A stretch of 64,000 nucleotides of DNA from Mobula hypostoma. Lineage: Eukaryota. The DNA lies in the NCBI RefSeq assembly GCF_963921235.1, contig NC_086097.1, forward strand, positions 6,944,001-7,008,000, written 5' to 3'. Positions 48,743 through 62,648 of this stretch are shown here, in pieces. How positions within the stretch are numbered: position 1 is the stretch's first letter; each line of letters starts with the position of its first letter. The notes beneath the pieces are model-generated. The model worked only from the letters and a program-made list of their open reading frames with translations, searched no databases and was not told where the DNA came from. The position numbers were made by a program, and so were the translations under genes.

Positions 48743-49865
48743 GGGGCCTCACTTGGAGTATTGTGGGTAGTTCTGGGTCCCTTGATGAAGAAGGAATGTG
48801 CTGGCATTGGAGAAGGTTCAAAGGAGGTTCACAAGTATGAGTTCTGAGAATGAAAGGCTTGTCGTATGAAGAGCGTTTGATGGATAAAACCTGTACTCAC
48901 TGGAATTCACTTTGTGAAGCAGCACCTCTCCTTTACAAAGCCATTTTGATAAGTACATGCTGTTCCAATATCCTGAGGAATATTCTCCAGTAATTTCCCT
49001 ACTCTGAAGTAGGGTTCAGTGGCTTATAATTTCCTTTCTTAAACAAAGGAAGAGCATTGGCTCTTCTCCGGTCTTCTGGGACTCTGCCTGTGACTGAAAA
49101 TGACATAAAAATCTCTGTCAAAATCCTAGCAGTCTGATCCTTAGACTCTTTCATTATCCTGGGATAAATTGCATCTAGCCATGGAGATTTATCCACCTTA
49201 ATGTTTTGTTTTCAACAGACGCACACTCAACATTTCAGGAACTGTTGCTTCATGCATGGTACATGTAAGCTTGATTTCAATGCTTAAGAAAAATTTAGGT
49301 AGGGATATGGATGGGAGGGGTATGGAGGCCATGGTCCTGGTGCAGGTTGATGAGAGTAGGCAGTTTAATTGGTTTAGAGTGGACTAGATGGGCCAAAGAG
49401 CCTGTTTTTGGCTGTACTTTTCTATTACTTTTCCATAACGTTGATTCTATGAACCTCTGCCATTAGATTTCTGAATGGACAATGAACCCATGAAGATTAC
49501 CATAGTATTTATTTAATACTTATTATTTTTTTCATATATATAATTTTTTTTATTGTGTTTTGGTCTGTACTGCTGCCACAAAACAGCAAATTTCATGACA
49601 TATGTCAGTAATACTACCTGATTCTGATTTGGGTTCTTAATATTGAAATTTCCTAAAATATCAGTACACCAATCTCTGATCTCACCATCATCCATGACTT
49701 TCTCCTTGGTAAAAAAAAATCAATGTGAACTATTTATTTAGGTATTTAGGATGTTGCCCACATTCTCTAGTTCCAGGCCTGAATTCCCTTTGTTTTTGAC
49801 TGGATTTTTTTTTTCCTGGTTACTTATACTATATTTTCAGTGAAACTGTGTTCTCCTTATACCTT

Positions 49866-50705
49866 TGGATGCATCAGCAAGGGAGATGAGGCTGAGTACA
49901 GGGCTACGGTAGGAAACTTTGTCACATGGTGTGAGCAGAATTATCTGCAGCTTAAATTGAAAAAGACTAAGGAGCTGGTGGTAGACCTGAGGAGAGCTAA
50001 GGTACCGGTGACCCCTGTTTCCATCCAGGGGGTCAGTGTGAACATGGTGGAGGATTACAAATACCTGGGGATATGAATTGACAATAAACTGGACTGGTCA
50101 AAGAACACTGAGGCTATCTACAAGAAGGGTCAGAGCTGTCTCTATTTCCTGAGGAGACTGAGGTCCTTTAACATCTGCTGGACGATGCTGAGGATGTTCT
50201 ACGAGTCTGTGGTGGCCAGTGCTATCATGTTTGCTGTTGTGCGCTGGGGCAGCAGGCTGAGGGTAGCAGACACCAACAGAATGAACAAACTCATTCGTAA
50301 GGCCAGTGATGTTGTGGGGGTGGAACTGGACTCTCTGACAGTGGTGTCTGAAAAGAGGATGCTGTCTAAGTTGCATGCCACCTTGGACAATGTCTCCCAT
50401 CCACTACATAATGTACTGGTTGGCACAGGAGTGCATTCAGCCAGAGACTCATTCCACCGAGATGCAACACAGAGCGTCATAGGAAGTCATTCCTGCCTGT
50501 GGCCATCAAACTTTACAACTCCTCCCTTGGAGGGTCAGACACCCTGAGCCAATAGGCTGGTCCTGGACTTATTTCATAATTTACTGGCATAATTTACATA
50601 TTACTATTTAACTGTTTATGGTTCTATTACTATTTATTATTTATGGTGCAACTGTAACAAAAACCAATTTCCCCCGGGATCAATAAAGTATGACTATGAC
50701 CATGA
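49866..50705 (+). mobile_element. Young Rex1/Babar LINE 3' end
   Basis: GDEAEYR..FVTWCEQNYLQL..KTKELVVDLRR..YKYLG; FYESVVASAI..HPLH; (TATGAC)n tail. Confidence 0.9.
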
Positions 50706-52398
50706 GTACTATTTCTCTTCAAGAATACAGAGTTGTAGCAAAGCCAGTGTTAACATATAATCCTGAGCTTTCCTGGAGCCTCAGACAATAATGACACCAG
50801 AAGGTGGATCTACCTCTTTAGTCACATGAGAAATAGGTGTGAGGATAGAGGGCACATTCACTCTCCGATATTCACTTCTCTACGTGGAAACACCTTGAAG
50901 AAGGTATAGGCCAAATGCCAGGAATGTAATTGAGCAGATGACAGCAATTCAACACCCAGTTGGTGTTTGGAAAGAAAAGTAGGATTTGTAATACAGTGAC
51001 ATAACGTAGCAACAAGTCTGCAAAGTGAAGGAGGGTCAGAACAAAATGTTGCACCTTCTCTGTGCACAGCCTTACTGACTACCAATAGATTGGCTCTAGA
51101 ATGTTCTCTGTGATGGACTGCAAAATCATTTTGCAGGAATTGATTGGATCAAACTTTAAAGTTTTAAAACAACTTTGATGATATAATTGGTACATTTGAA
51201 CAACACTAACTAAGAATTAGAAAGAGGCAAAAATTCAGAAATTTAACCAATTTAACCACGAGGACATTCAACAGGTAAGATCTGAGTGACAGATAAGATC
51301 CACTGGAAATGTTAATTGGAAAAATTATTTAATGTGAAATATAACACGGGAACAAAAATCTCAGTGCAAAACTAATAAATGCAATAACACGACTATTTAA
51401 AACTAGAGGTATTGATATAATTCTTCTTATCCAAGAAACATATGTGCAGTATAATAATTCAAAAGAAATATAGCATTTAATTTTTGCCAAATGGATGGAG
51501 TTTGTCCAAGTTGCGTAGTGTTTTTTTTAATTTAATAAAGTAATTCAGTCAGTAGCAAATTAAAGGCGGAAAGAAATTCAGATTAATGCTTCAGCTGGCA
51601 ACACCATGGTCATCTACAAGCTGTGAAAACATTAGACTTGAACAAAAAAGACTGTGTTAGGCAGGCACTGTCATGAAAACCCAACAAAAGGTCACCAAAT
51701 GAAGGGAATATCTGGAACTGGGAAAGAGTCGTGCTCAGGAAATGACCTTTCCAGCATCCCTATCAAAGTCACAAAATATCTATTTGTGCTGCTAAGTCCT
51801 GGTGTCTGTATAAAACCTCAGCGAGATGTTCACCTCCTTGTAGAGTCACTTCAAGATCAAAATTAAGTTAAATACCACTGGTGTATATGATGAAATTTGT
51901 TGTTTTTGAGGCAGCAGTATGTAACAGTACATAATAATAAAACCTATAAATTACAATAGGAAATATATATAAAAAATTAAGTCAGAAGTGCAAAAAAGAG
52001 AAAACAATTCTGAGCTAGTGTTCATGAGCTCATTGTCCATTCAGAAACCTGAAGGCAGAGGGGAAGAAGCTGTTCCTAAAATATTAAATGTGTGACTTCA
52101 AAATCCTGAACCTCCTTCTTGATGGTTCATTGAAGAGAGTAGATTCTAGGTGATGGGGGTTCTTAATGACAGACGCTGCCTTTTTGAGGCATCTCCTTTT
52201 GAAGATGTCCTCGTTACTGGGAATGCTAGTGCCCATGATGGAGCTTTGGCTGAGTTTTCTTTCTGCAGCTTTTTCCAATGCTGTGCAGTGGCCCCTCCAA
52301 ACCAGACCGTGAATACTCTCCAAATTACATCTGTAGAAGTTTGCTAGAGTCTTTGGTGACATACCATATCTCCGCAACCTTCCAATGAAATATAAATA

Positions 52399-52838
52399 TT
52401 GGGGAGCATGCCTTATGAGAATAGGTTGAGTGAACTCAGCCTTTTCTCCTTGGAGCGACAGAGGATGAGAGGTGACCTGATAGAGGTGTATAAGATGATG
52501 AGAGGCATTGATTGTGTGGATAGTCAGAGGCTTTTTCTCAGGGTTGAAATGGTTGCTGCAAGAGGACACAGGTTTAAGGTGCTGGGGAGTAGGTACAGAG
52601 GAGATGTCAGGGGTAAGTTTTTTACCCAGCGAGTGGTGACTGCCTGGAATGGGCTGCCGGCAACAGTAGTGGAGGTGGAAATGATAGGGTCTTTTAAGAA
52701 ACTTTTAGATAGGTACATGGAGCCTATTAAAACGGAGGGCTATAGGTAAGCCTAGTAATTTCTAAGGTAGGGACATGTTCGGCACAACTCTGTGGGACGA
52801 AGGGCCTGTATTGTGCTGTAGGTTTTCTATGTTTCTAT
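52399..52838 (+). mobile_element. Young CR1 3' fragment inside a minus-strand Rex1-like element
   Basis: 116-aa ORF YENRLSELSLFSLERQRMRGDLIEVYK..WNGLP; TTTCTATG tail. Confidence 0.9.
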
Positions 52839-53474
52839 TTTTCTATCTACAGACTTGCCTTCTGTGTAACTGCATCAATATGATTGGCCAGGATAGATAT
52901 TCAGACATGTTGACACCCAGTAACTTGAAACTGCTCACCCTTTCCACTGCTAATTCTTTGATGAGGACACATGTGTATTCCCCCGACATCTCCTTCCTGA
53001 AATCCCACAATCAATTCCTTGGAATACTGGTGTTGAGTGCAAAGTGACATAAAAGGTTAAGAATGGCTTGACTCCCATTATTCCAGGCTTGAGGTCAGTT
53101 TTCTACTGAAGTTTCATGAGAAGTTCAGAAACGTTTAGAGAGATGTGAAACGTTTAGAGAGATGTTAGAGCCTTATGGCCACAATGACATTAACACAGTC
53201 AACAGAGGTGTCCTAAACCTTGAACCGGTGCTTCTTTAGGTTTCAAGAAACTTTTCAACAGGGACAGTACTGTGTGGAACACCACCATCACCCATGAACT
53301 CAGCATATTCCAGGAGATTAACTCTTTGTTACCAATTAGGATTTACTGGACAATAAATTGAGATGTTGGTCGGTGTGGCTATGTGCAGTGGTAGAACTTA
53401 TATAACAGAGAAATGCAAACATAGTTCTTCTGCCAACGGCTAATCAGCTCTTCAAAATATTCCTCACTATACAG

Positions 53475-53850
53475 TAGAAAGGATGCCAAGGCTTTGGAGA
53501 GGGTGCAGAAGAGGTTTACCAGGATGTTGCCTGGATTAGAGGGCACGAGCTAAAACAAGAGTTTGGGCAAACTTGGGTTGTAGCAGAGGCTGAGGGGAAA
53601 CCTAACAGAGGTTTAAAAGATTATGAGAGGCAGAGATAGAATAGATAGACAGTACCTTTTCCAGGGGTTGAAATGTCTCATACCGGAGGGCTTATATTTA
53701 AGGTACGAGAGGATAATTTCAAAGGAGGGGCAAATTTTTGACACAGAGAGTAGTGGTAGAGGCAAACACACTAGAGGCTTTTAAGAGATATTTATATAGG
53801 TACATGAATGTGATGAAAATGGTAGGATATGGATATTATGCAGACAGAAG
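53475..53850 (+). mobile_element. CR1 3' fragment
   Basis: ALERVQKRFTRMLPGLEG motif; degraded. Confidence 0.8.
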
Positions 53851-55419
53851 AGACTGGGGTTCCATGGTAGCCTAGTGGTTAGCATGATGCTATTACAGCT
53901 TGGGGCACTGGAGTTGAGACTTCAATTCCTCTGTCCCCTGTAAGGAGTTTGTGGGTTCCCCCATGGAGTGTGTGGGTTCCTTCTGGGTCTTCAGTTTTCT
54001 CCCACAGTCCAAAGACGTACCAGTTAGTAGGTTAATTGCTTATTGTAAATTGTCCCATGATTAGGTTAGGGTTAAATCAGGAGTTGCTGGGCAAAGCAGC
54101 TCAAAAGACCTGACCCATGCTGTACAAGAAAGAAAGAAAGAAAGGCAGGCTTTGTTAGCAATTTAATTACTAATTTAATTGGTTCAACACACCATTTTGG
54201 CATGGTACTGCATGGTACTCTTCTATGTTCTATAAGCAGAAGAAGCGATAAGTAAGCACTTGTTAGTAGCTTTATTGTCCCTCTTGTGTGCTGTACGTGA
54301 GTACGAATATTAAATAAGGAACAGATGAAGGTAGCACAGTAGTTTCGTGGTTAGTGCTTTGCTTTAAGTTTAAATTTAAGTTGAAGTTTAATTGTCATTC
54401 AACAATCCCCATGAAAACAGCATGATTAGAACCCCCATCCATAAGTTCGACTACACACCGCCTTCGAACACTGACTACACCTTCCTGTCGCAGGCAGTAA
54501 CACGGTCTGCACCAGGTCCAGCTCCTTCAGTTTCTCCACCAACAAACAGTTCTCTAAGGGCTAGACCTGCCGCACTTTAAGTTCTTAGTGTCCAGCAGGG
54601 TCTTGCAATCGCAAGAATTATACTTAAAAAAGACAAGAACACCTTTGTTTGGCCACTTAGAAGCTGTTGCATCCAAGCATGTCACTATCTTACCGGAAGC
54701 ATCAGTTGCAAAGTTGGTGGCTGTTAGGAGTTCGTGAGCTCCCCCGATGATTATGTGGGTTTCCTCTGGGTGCTCCAGTTTCCTCCCACATTCTAAAGAC
54801 CAGAGTGAGTTGTGGGCCTGCTAAGTTGGCACTAGAACAGTGGTGACACTTGCAGGCTGCTTAGCACAATCCTTGCTGATTAGATTTGATGAAAAATTAC
54901 ACATTTCACTTTATGTTTCGATGTACCACTGACAAATAAAGCTAATCTGCTCTCTGATTGGAATCTAAGTGTGACTTAGTAATGATCCCCTCATGAGTGA
55001 ACAGTCGGTACCTAATTTGAACAGCAAGCTTGTATACTATGTACTTTTACTCCCATGTAAAGAATAGCCATTTGGTCAGTGCTGTCAGAAATCTGTACAA
55101 GATGTTGATTTGTACAGGCATGTTCAAATGTCCCAGGATGTTTGTACGTGCCTTTACTGATTTATGGCCAATTCTTTCATGTACTGGTAAATCAGTGCAT
55201 GCCGAGTTTCCTACTTCACCAATAGCTACTGAGCTGTAGCCTTGCAAGAGGGACTGATCAGAGAAACGGAGGATAACTGGGCTTAGATAAAAAATGTACA
55301 CACTAGTTTTACGATCAGACAAAAATTAGCTTATTCTTCATTTCTTTTAATATTGCAAATTTAACATTTAAGCATTAAAGACTCATGGATGGAACTCAGC
55401 ACAAGCAATTGATAAGATA

Positions 55420-58400
55420 AATTGTGCAGAAGGGAAAGAGGGAGCAGAGGGGAGCGATAGTGATGGGGGAATCAGTAGTCTGGAGAACAGACAGGAGATT
55501 CTGTGGATGTGAATGGGACACCTGGATAGTATGTTGTCTCCCTGATGCCAGGGTCAGGGACATCTCCAATCTCGACCACAGCGTTTTGGAGAGGGAAGGA
55601 AAGAGCAGCCAGATGGCTTGGTACATATTGGTACCAATGACATAGGAGTGAAAAGCAAAGAGGTCCTGAAAAGAGAATTTAGAGAGCAAGGTAGAAAGTG
55701 GAGAAGCAGGGCCTCCAGGGTAGTAATTTCTGGATTGCTACCTGTGCCACGTGCCAGTGAGGGTATAAACAGGATGACTTGGCAGATAGATGTGTGGCTG
55801 AGAAGCTGGTGCAAGTCCCGGGACTTCAGGTTCTTGGATCATTGGGGTCTCTTCTGTGCGAGGTATGATCTGTTCAAAATTGAGGGGTTGGAAACCGAAG
55901 GGAACCAATATTCTCTCAGGCATGTTTGTTGGATCTGTTGGGGAGGGTTTAGACTAATTTAGTAGGGGGTGGGAACTGTAGTGAAGAGAGTCAGGATAGG
56001 ATGAACACAAAGATAGTTTGCAGGCAGGTGATAGGACAAAATTGCAGCCAGCAGGGAGAGTATCAGTGCGTTAGGGATGCAGAATCAAAAAGGGTAGCAA
56101 ATACAGTACTCAAGCGTTATATCTCAAAGTAGAGAGGGTAAGAAATAAGCTGGATGACCTTGGTGCACTATTACAGATTGTCAGGTATGATGTTGTAGCC
56201 ATCACTGAATTGTGGTTGAAGCATAGTTGTAGTTGGGAGCTGACTGTCCAAGGTTACATGTTGTATTGGAGAGATAGGAAGGTAGGCAGAGGGCATGTCA
56301 TGGCTCTGCTGATAAAGAATGGCATCAAATCAGTAGAAAGATGTGACATACGATTGGAACATATTGAATCCTTGTGGATTACAACGCAAAACTGCAAGGA
56401 TAAAAGGACCCTGGTCGCGGTTATATACTGGCCTCCCCATAGTAGCTGGGATGTGGACCACAGGTTACAACAGGAAATAGAAAAGGCATATCAAAAGGGC
56501 AATGTTATGGTAATCACGGGAGATTTCAACGTGCAGGTTGAATGGGAGAATCAGGTTGGTAATGGATCTCAAGAGAGTGAGTTTGTTGAATGCCTATGAG
56601 ATGGCTTTTTAGAGCAGTTTCTCGTTGAGCCCACTAGGGGATCCGCTATACCGGATTGGGTGCTATGTAATGAACCAGAGGTGATTAGGGAGCTTAAGGT
56701 AAAAGAACCCTTAGGAGCCAATGATCACAATATGATTCAGTTCAACTTGAAATTTGAGAGGGAGAAAGTATAGTCTGACATAGCAGTATTTCAGTGGAAG
56801 AAAGGAAATTACAGTGGTATGAGAGAGGAGTTGGCCGAAGTAAATTAAAAGGAGCTGCTGGCAGTGATGACAGCAGAGCAACAATGGCGTGAATTTCTGG
56901 GAAAAATGAGGAAGGAGCTGAATATACGTACTCCAAAGACAAAAAAAATACTCAAATGCCAAAATAGTACAATTGTGTCTGTCAAGGGAAGTCAAAGCTA
57001 ATGTAAAAGCAAAAGACAGGGCATACAACAATGTAAAAATTAGTGATAAGATAGAGGATGCCAAAGCTTTTAAAAACTTACAGAGATCAATGAAAAGGAT
57101 CATTAGGTGGGAAAAGATGAAAAATGAAAGCAAGCTAGCAAACACATCAAAGTGGATAATTAAAGCTTTTCAAAGAGTGTAAACAATAAAAGAGAGATGA
57201 GAATGAATATAGGACCGCTAGAAAATGAGGCAGGTGAAATAATAATGGGAACAAGGAGACGACAGATGAAATAATGAGAATTTTGCATTTGTCTTCACTA
57301 ATGAAGACACAAGCAGTGTGCCAGATGCTGAAAGGTGTGAGGGAAGAGAAGTGAGTGCAGTCAGTATCGCAAGGGAGAAGGGGCTCAAAAAGCTGAAAGA
57401 CCTAAGGGTACATAGGTCACCGAGATCAGATGAACTGCACCCTGGGGTTCTGAAAGGGGTAGCAAATAGAGATTGTGGAGGCATTAGCAATGATCTTTCA
57501 AAAATCACTAGACTCTGGCATAGTGCCAGAAGACTAGAAAATTGCATATGTCACTCCACTCTTTAAGAAAGGAGGAAAGCAGCAGATAGGAAATTAGAGA
57601 CCAGTTAGCCTGATCTCAGTGGTTGGGAAGATGTTAGAGTCAATTGTTAAGGATGAGGTTATGGTGTACTTGGTGACACAGGATAAGGTAGGACTAAGTC
57701 AGCATGGTTTTCTTAAGGGAAAATCTTGCCTGATGAGCCTATTGGAATTCTTTGAGGAGATTACAAGTAGGATAGATAAAGGGGATGCAGTAGATGTTGT
57801 ATATTTGGACTTTCAGGAGGCCATTGACAAGGTGCCACACATGAGGCTGCTTACCAAGTTAAGAGCCCATGGTATTACAGGAAAGTTACGAATATGGTTA
57901 GAGCATTGGCTGATTTGTAGGAGGCAGCGAGTGGGAATAAAAGGATTCTTTTCTGTTTGGCTGCCAGTGAGTAGTGGTGTTCCACAGGGGTTGGTGTTGG
58001 GACCACTGCTGCTTATGCTGTATAACAATGATTGAGATGATGAAATAGGTGGCTTTGTTGCCAAGTTTGCAGATGATATGAAGATTGGTGGAGGGACAGG
58101 TAGTGTTGAGGAAACAGGTAAGCTGCAGAAGGACTTAGACAGATCAGGAAAATGGGTAAGAAAGTAGCAAATGAAATACAATGTTGGAAAATACATGGTG
58201 ATGCATGTTAGTAGCATAAATAAATGTGCAGACTATTTTCTAACTGGGGAGAAACCACAAAAATCTGAGATGCAAAGGGACTTGGGAGTCCTTGTGCAGA
58301 ACACCCTGAAGGTTAACTTGCAGATTGAGTCGGTGATGAGAAAGGCAAATGCAATGTTAACATTCATTTCAAGAGGTCCAGAATACAAGAGCAGGGATGT

Positions 58401-58790
58401 GATGCTGAGGCTTTATAAGGCACTGGTGAGGCTTCACCTTGAGTATTGTGAACAGTTTTGGGTTCCTCATCTAAGAAAAGATATGCTGCATTGGAGAGCT
58501 TACAGAGGAGGCTCGCAAGGATGATTCCTGGAATGAAAGGATTATCATACAAGGAATGTTTGATAGCTATGGGTCTGTACTCACTGAAATTTAGAAAGAT
58601 GAGCATGGATCTCTTTGAAACCTTTCGAATGTTGAGAGGCCTAGACAGAGTAGATGTGGAAAGGATGTTTCCCATGGTGGATGAGTCTAGGACAAGAGGG
58701 CACAGCCTCAGAATAGAGGGGTGTGCATGTAAAACAGGGATGTGGAGAAACTTCTGTATCCAGACAGTAGTGAATTTGTGGAAGGAGATA
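55420..58790 (+). mobile_element. Decayed near-full-length CR1 LINE (ORF1 SGNH esterase domain + ORF2 APE-RT)
   Basis: ORF1: AIVMGESVV..VCCLPDARVRDI..VHIGTNDIG..VVISGLLPVPR. ORF2: ITGDFN, ANDHN, QHGFLKGKSCL, VYLDFQEAIDKVPH, SGVPQGLVLGP, KFADD. Many stops and frameshifts. Confidence 0.92.
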
Positions 58791-58791
58791 A

Positions 58792-59410
58792 CATGAGAGA
58801 GGGGTAAGGGGATGGGAAATCGTGAAGGGGGTGGAGGCATTACTGGAAGTTTGAAAAATCGATGTTCATGCCATTGGGTTGGAAGCTACCTAAATGGAAT
58901 ATAAGGTGTTGTTCCTCCAACCTAAGTTTGGCCTTATCCTGACAGTGGAGGAGACCATGGACAGACATATTGGAATAGGAATGAGAAGTGGAATTAAAAT
59001 GGGTGGCCACTGTAAGATGCAGCTTGTTCTGGCGGATGGAGCTTAGATGCTTGGTGAAGCGGTCTCCCAATCTCATTGGATCTCACTGATATACGAGAGG
59101 CCACACTGGGAGCACCGAACACAGAATATGACCCCAAAAGACTCACAGGTGAAGTGTCGCCTCACTTGGAAGGACTGTTTGGGGCCCTGAATGGTAGTGA
59201 GGGAGGAGGTGTAGGGGCAGGTGAAGCACTTGTTCCGCTTGCCAGGATAAGTACCAGGAGGAAGATCAGTGGGGAGGGACAAATGGACAAGGGAACCGTG
59301 TATCAACCAATCCCTGCGGAAAGCAAAAAGTGGGGGAAGGGGAGGGAAAGATGTGTTTGGTGGTGGGATCCGGTTGGAGGTGGCGGAAATCTTGGAGTAT
59401 TATGTGCTGG
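58792..59410 (-). mobile_element. Penelope-like element GIY-YIG endonuclease fragment
   Basis: KCFTCPY..RHFTCESFGVIFCVRCSQCGLSYISE..RLGDRFTKH..VATHFN..RLEEQHLIF. Confidence 0.9.
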
Positions 59411-60885
59411 CTGAGTTCACAACTTGTTGTAGCTTGTTTTGATGCTGTGCAGTGACCCCGCTCTCCACCCCACCCCCATACAGCCAGTTAGAATGCTCCC
59501 CGTGGGCAGTAGAGTTCAGTGATGGAATTCTTCTGCAGCTTTATTTATCTATTGGACTGGCTCCTTGGTCTTCTCCAATTTATTATGAATCATCTACTAC
59601 TTAGCTCATGCACATCTGCTGAGGTTGTCCACACCCTCCTTATCTGTTGAGCTCAGTGTAATCAAGCCTCCCTGAGTCTGACGAGGATGCAGTCCTCAAC
59701 AATATTCAATAATATTGATACGTTGCCACACTTGGTAAAGGCTTAACTCAGACATCCCAGCAGTGAAAAGCAGCTGCATGGCCCTCGCCCTGTTCTAAGG
59801 GGGTGGAGTGTGGGGGAGAGGGCAAAATACATCAGTGTCCTTATTACACATGCAAGCTCCAAAGAGGGAAGCAATAATCATCTCAACAACAGGCTCCACC
59901 AAGCCCGGCTCTGCAAGGAGTTGGGTTGAGCATGGGGCCAGCAACCCGGAGGTACAGAATTGCGAACAGAAGCTCCAAAGACCTCATTCCTGGGAGAGGA
60001 AGGATCTTCGCCGAGAAAACATCTGAAGTCGTGGGGCAAAAGCAGAAACCACCGAGCTGATTAACCTTCTAACAGCACAGTACAGAGGACCCTTGTGAGC
60101 TGCTCACAGTTGTTTGGATTTATTGAGTATGCCCGCGAGAAAGTGAATTTCAGGGTTATATATGGTGATGTATACTGTATGTACTTCGATAATAAATTTA
60201 TTTTGAACTTTGAACTTTGGCCCAGTAGGGGTGATGGGCTTAAGAAGAAGAAAAAGTCTGGACTTCAAGCTCTAAGAGGTCTCTTTGCTAGTTCTCTCAT
60301 TTCTGTCCTGAGTTAAACTGAAGCATGTCTCTTGGGTAAATGAAGAAAATCTTGTCTTTAGAATAAGAATTTCATCAGGCACTATCGTGATTACTTTAAC
60401 TTGCAAACAGAAGTTTTTTTTACGCCAAGCATCCCACCAACAAAATCAACATCAAATAGGCAACATATGGGTTTGCAATGCAAACGTTTAAAGGGTGTGA
60501 TTTTTATCACAAGTTGCTTATTATGGAGATTGTTAGCACAGCAATCAAACCCATGCCTTTGAGTCAAAGAATGTGGCTAACATAACAGTCCATTCATTGG
60601 ACTTAATAAAGGTGCTGATTTTTTTCATAGAAGCACTGATCGGGAGCGGTTGTGACACAATGTACCCTTCTTCAGCTGGGATACTAATCACCTCAATGTT
60701 ACACACAAAAATATCCTTTATTCCCTCTGTTACCTTGCCCTAGAATGGAAAGTCCTACAAAAAGTGGAGTATACAGCCCAGTCCATCATGAGTAAAGCCC
60801 TCCCCACTACTGAGCCCATCTGCAAGCAGCATCAATCATTAAGGACCCACACCATCCAGGCCATGCTCTCATCTCACTGCTGCCA

Positions 60886-61677
60886 TCAAGTCAAGTCAAG
60901 TCACTTTTTATTGTCATTTCGACCTTAACTGCTGGTACAGTACACAGTAAAAATGAGACAACATTTTTCAGGACCATGGTGCTACATGAAACAATACAAA
61001 AACTACACTGAACTATGTAAAAACAACACAAAAACTACACTGAACTATGTAAAAACAACACAAGAACCACACTAGATTACAGACCTACCCAGGACTGCAT
61101 AAAGTACACAGAACAGTGCAGGCATTACAATAAATGATAAACAAGACAATAGGCACAGTAGAGGGCAGTAGGTTGGTAGTCCGATGGCTTGGGGCAAAAA
61201 CTGTTACATAAATAAACAGCTGAATGGCGGCGACCAGGATTCTGTCCGTTTCTGTACTCCTGCCGAGTATTTCATTAGAGTTGGATGTAGTCCAATTGAA
61301 AAGCAAAATGGACGGGAGAGCCGGCTGTCTGGGGCTTACTTTTTTCCTGGCACAGACTCCTGCCCACTCGCCTCGCTTCTGCTCCCTCGCACACCGCCTA
61401 TGACGTCCCCACCTCCAGCCACCGGCATCAGGCGTCTCCGAGGACTGCGGGCCTGATACTCTCAGCAAGCCGAGGTCGCGCAATTTAACCAGCAGATCTT
61501 CATGAAGGTTCATTTTTGGGGCGATCTCTGTATTGTAGCAGTATCTGGCGATGGTAGATAGTCGCTCTGTTATCCGTTGCCCTAAACCCTAATTGCGCCT
61601 TAAAATTAAATTAAAAAACTAAATTAAAGTAGCACCAGATCCGAAAGGCCGCTGCTGCCGTGCCTCACCGCCTGCTG
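60886..61677 (-). mobile_element. Bipartite non-autonomous Rex1/Babar-type LINE, copy 2
   Basis: Highly similar end to end with 44937-45704, with the same internal junction; carries one extra ~32-bp tandem unit at ~61000-61065. Confidence 0.8.
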
Positions 61678-61726
61678 AAGAAGATACAGGAGCCTCAGGA
61701 CCCACACCACCACATTGAACTGTTCC

Positions 61727-62648
61727 ATAGAACCATAGAAAATAGGTGCAGGAGTAGGCCATTCGGCCCTTCGAGCCTGCACCGCCATTTATTATGATCA
61801 TGGCTGATCATCTAACTCAGAACCCCGCCCCAGCCTTCCCTCCATACCCCCTGATCCCCGTAGCCACAAGGGTCATATCTAACTCCCTCTTAAATATAGC
61901 CAATGAACTGGCCTCAACTGTTTCCTGTGGCAGAGAATTCCACAGATTCTCCACTCTCTGTGTGAAGAAGTTTTTCCTAATCTCGGTCCTAAAAGGCTTC
62001 CCCTTTATCCTCAAACTGTGACCCCTTGTTCTGGACTTCCCCAACATCGGGAACAATCTTCCTGCATCTAGCCTGTCCAATCCCTTTAGGATTTTATAGG
62101 TTTCAATCAGATCCCCCCTCAATGTTCTAAATTCCAACGAGTACAAGCCCAGTTCATCCAGTCTTTCTTCATATGAAAGTCCTGCCATCCCAGGAATCAA
62201 TCTGGTGAACCTTCTTTGCACTCCCTCTATGGCAAGGATGTCTTTCCTCAGATTAGGGGACCAAAACTGCACACAGTACTCCAGGTGTGGTCTCACCAAC
62301 GCCTTGTACAACTGCAGCAGTACCTCCCTGCTCCTGTACTCGAATCCTCTCACTATAAATGCCAGCATACCATTCGCCTTTTTCACCGCCTGCTGTACCT
62401 GCATGCCCACTTTCAATGACTGGTGTATAATGACACCTAGGTCTCATTGCACCTCCCCTTTTCCTAATCGGCCACCATTCAGATAATCTGTTTTCGTATT
62501 TTTGCCACCAAAGTGGTTAACTTCACATTTATCCACATTAAATTGCATCTGCCATGAATTTGCCCACTCACCCAACCTATCCAAGTCACTCTGCATCCTC
62601 TTAGCATCCTCCTCACAGCTAACACTGCCACCCAGCTTCGTGTCATCC
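61727..62648 (-). mobile_element. Young CR1 3' end
   Basis: Open 199-aa ORF2 C-terminus (AVKKANGMLAFI..LYKALVRPHLEYCVQFWSP..FFTQRVENLWNSLP); (TTCTATGG)n tail. Confidence 0.93.

Noticed and set aside
53128..53165. 19-bp direct repeat GAAACGTTTAGAGAGATGT x2 (and 32-bp units near 61000)
   Set aside because: Simple tandem duplications with no spacers; not CRISPR-like.
55047..55322. 91-aa minus-strand ORF in unique sequence, considered as a host-gene (e.g. MACROD) exon
   Set aside because: No recognisable protein motif or convincing splice-site pair.
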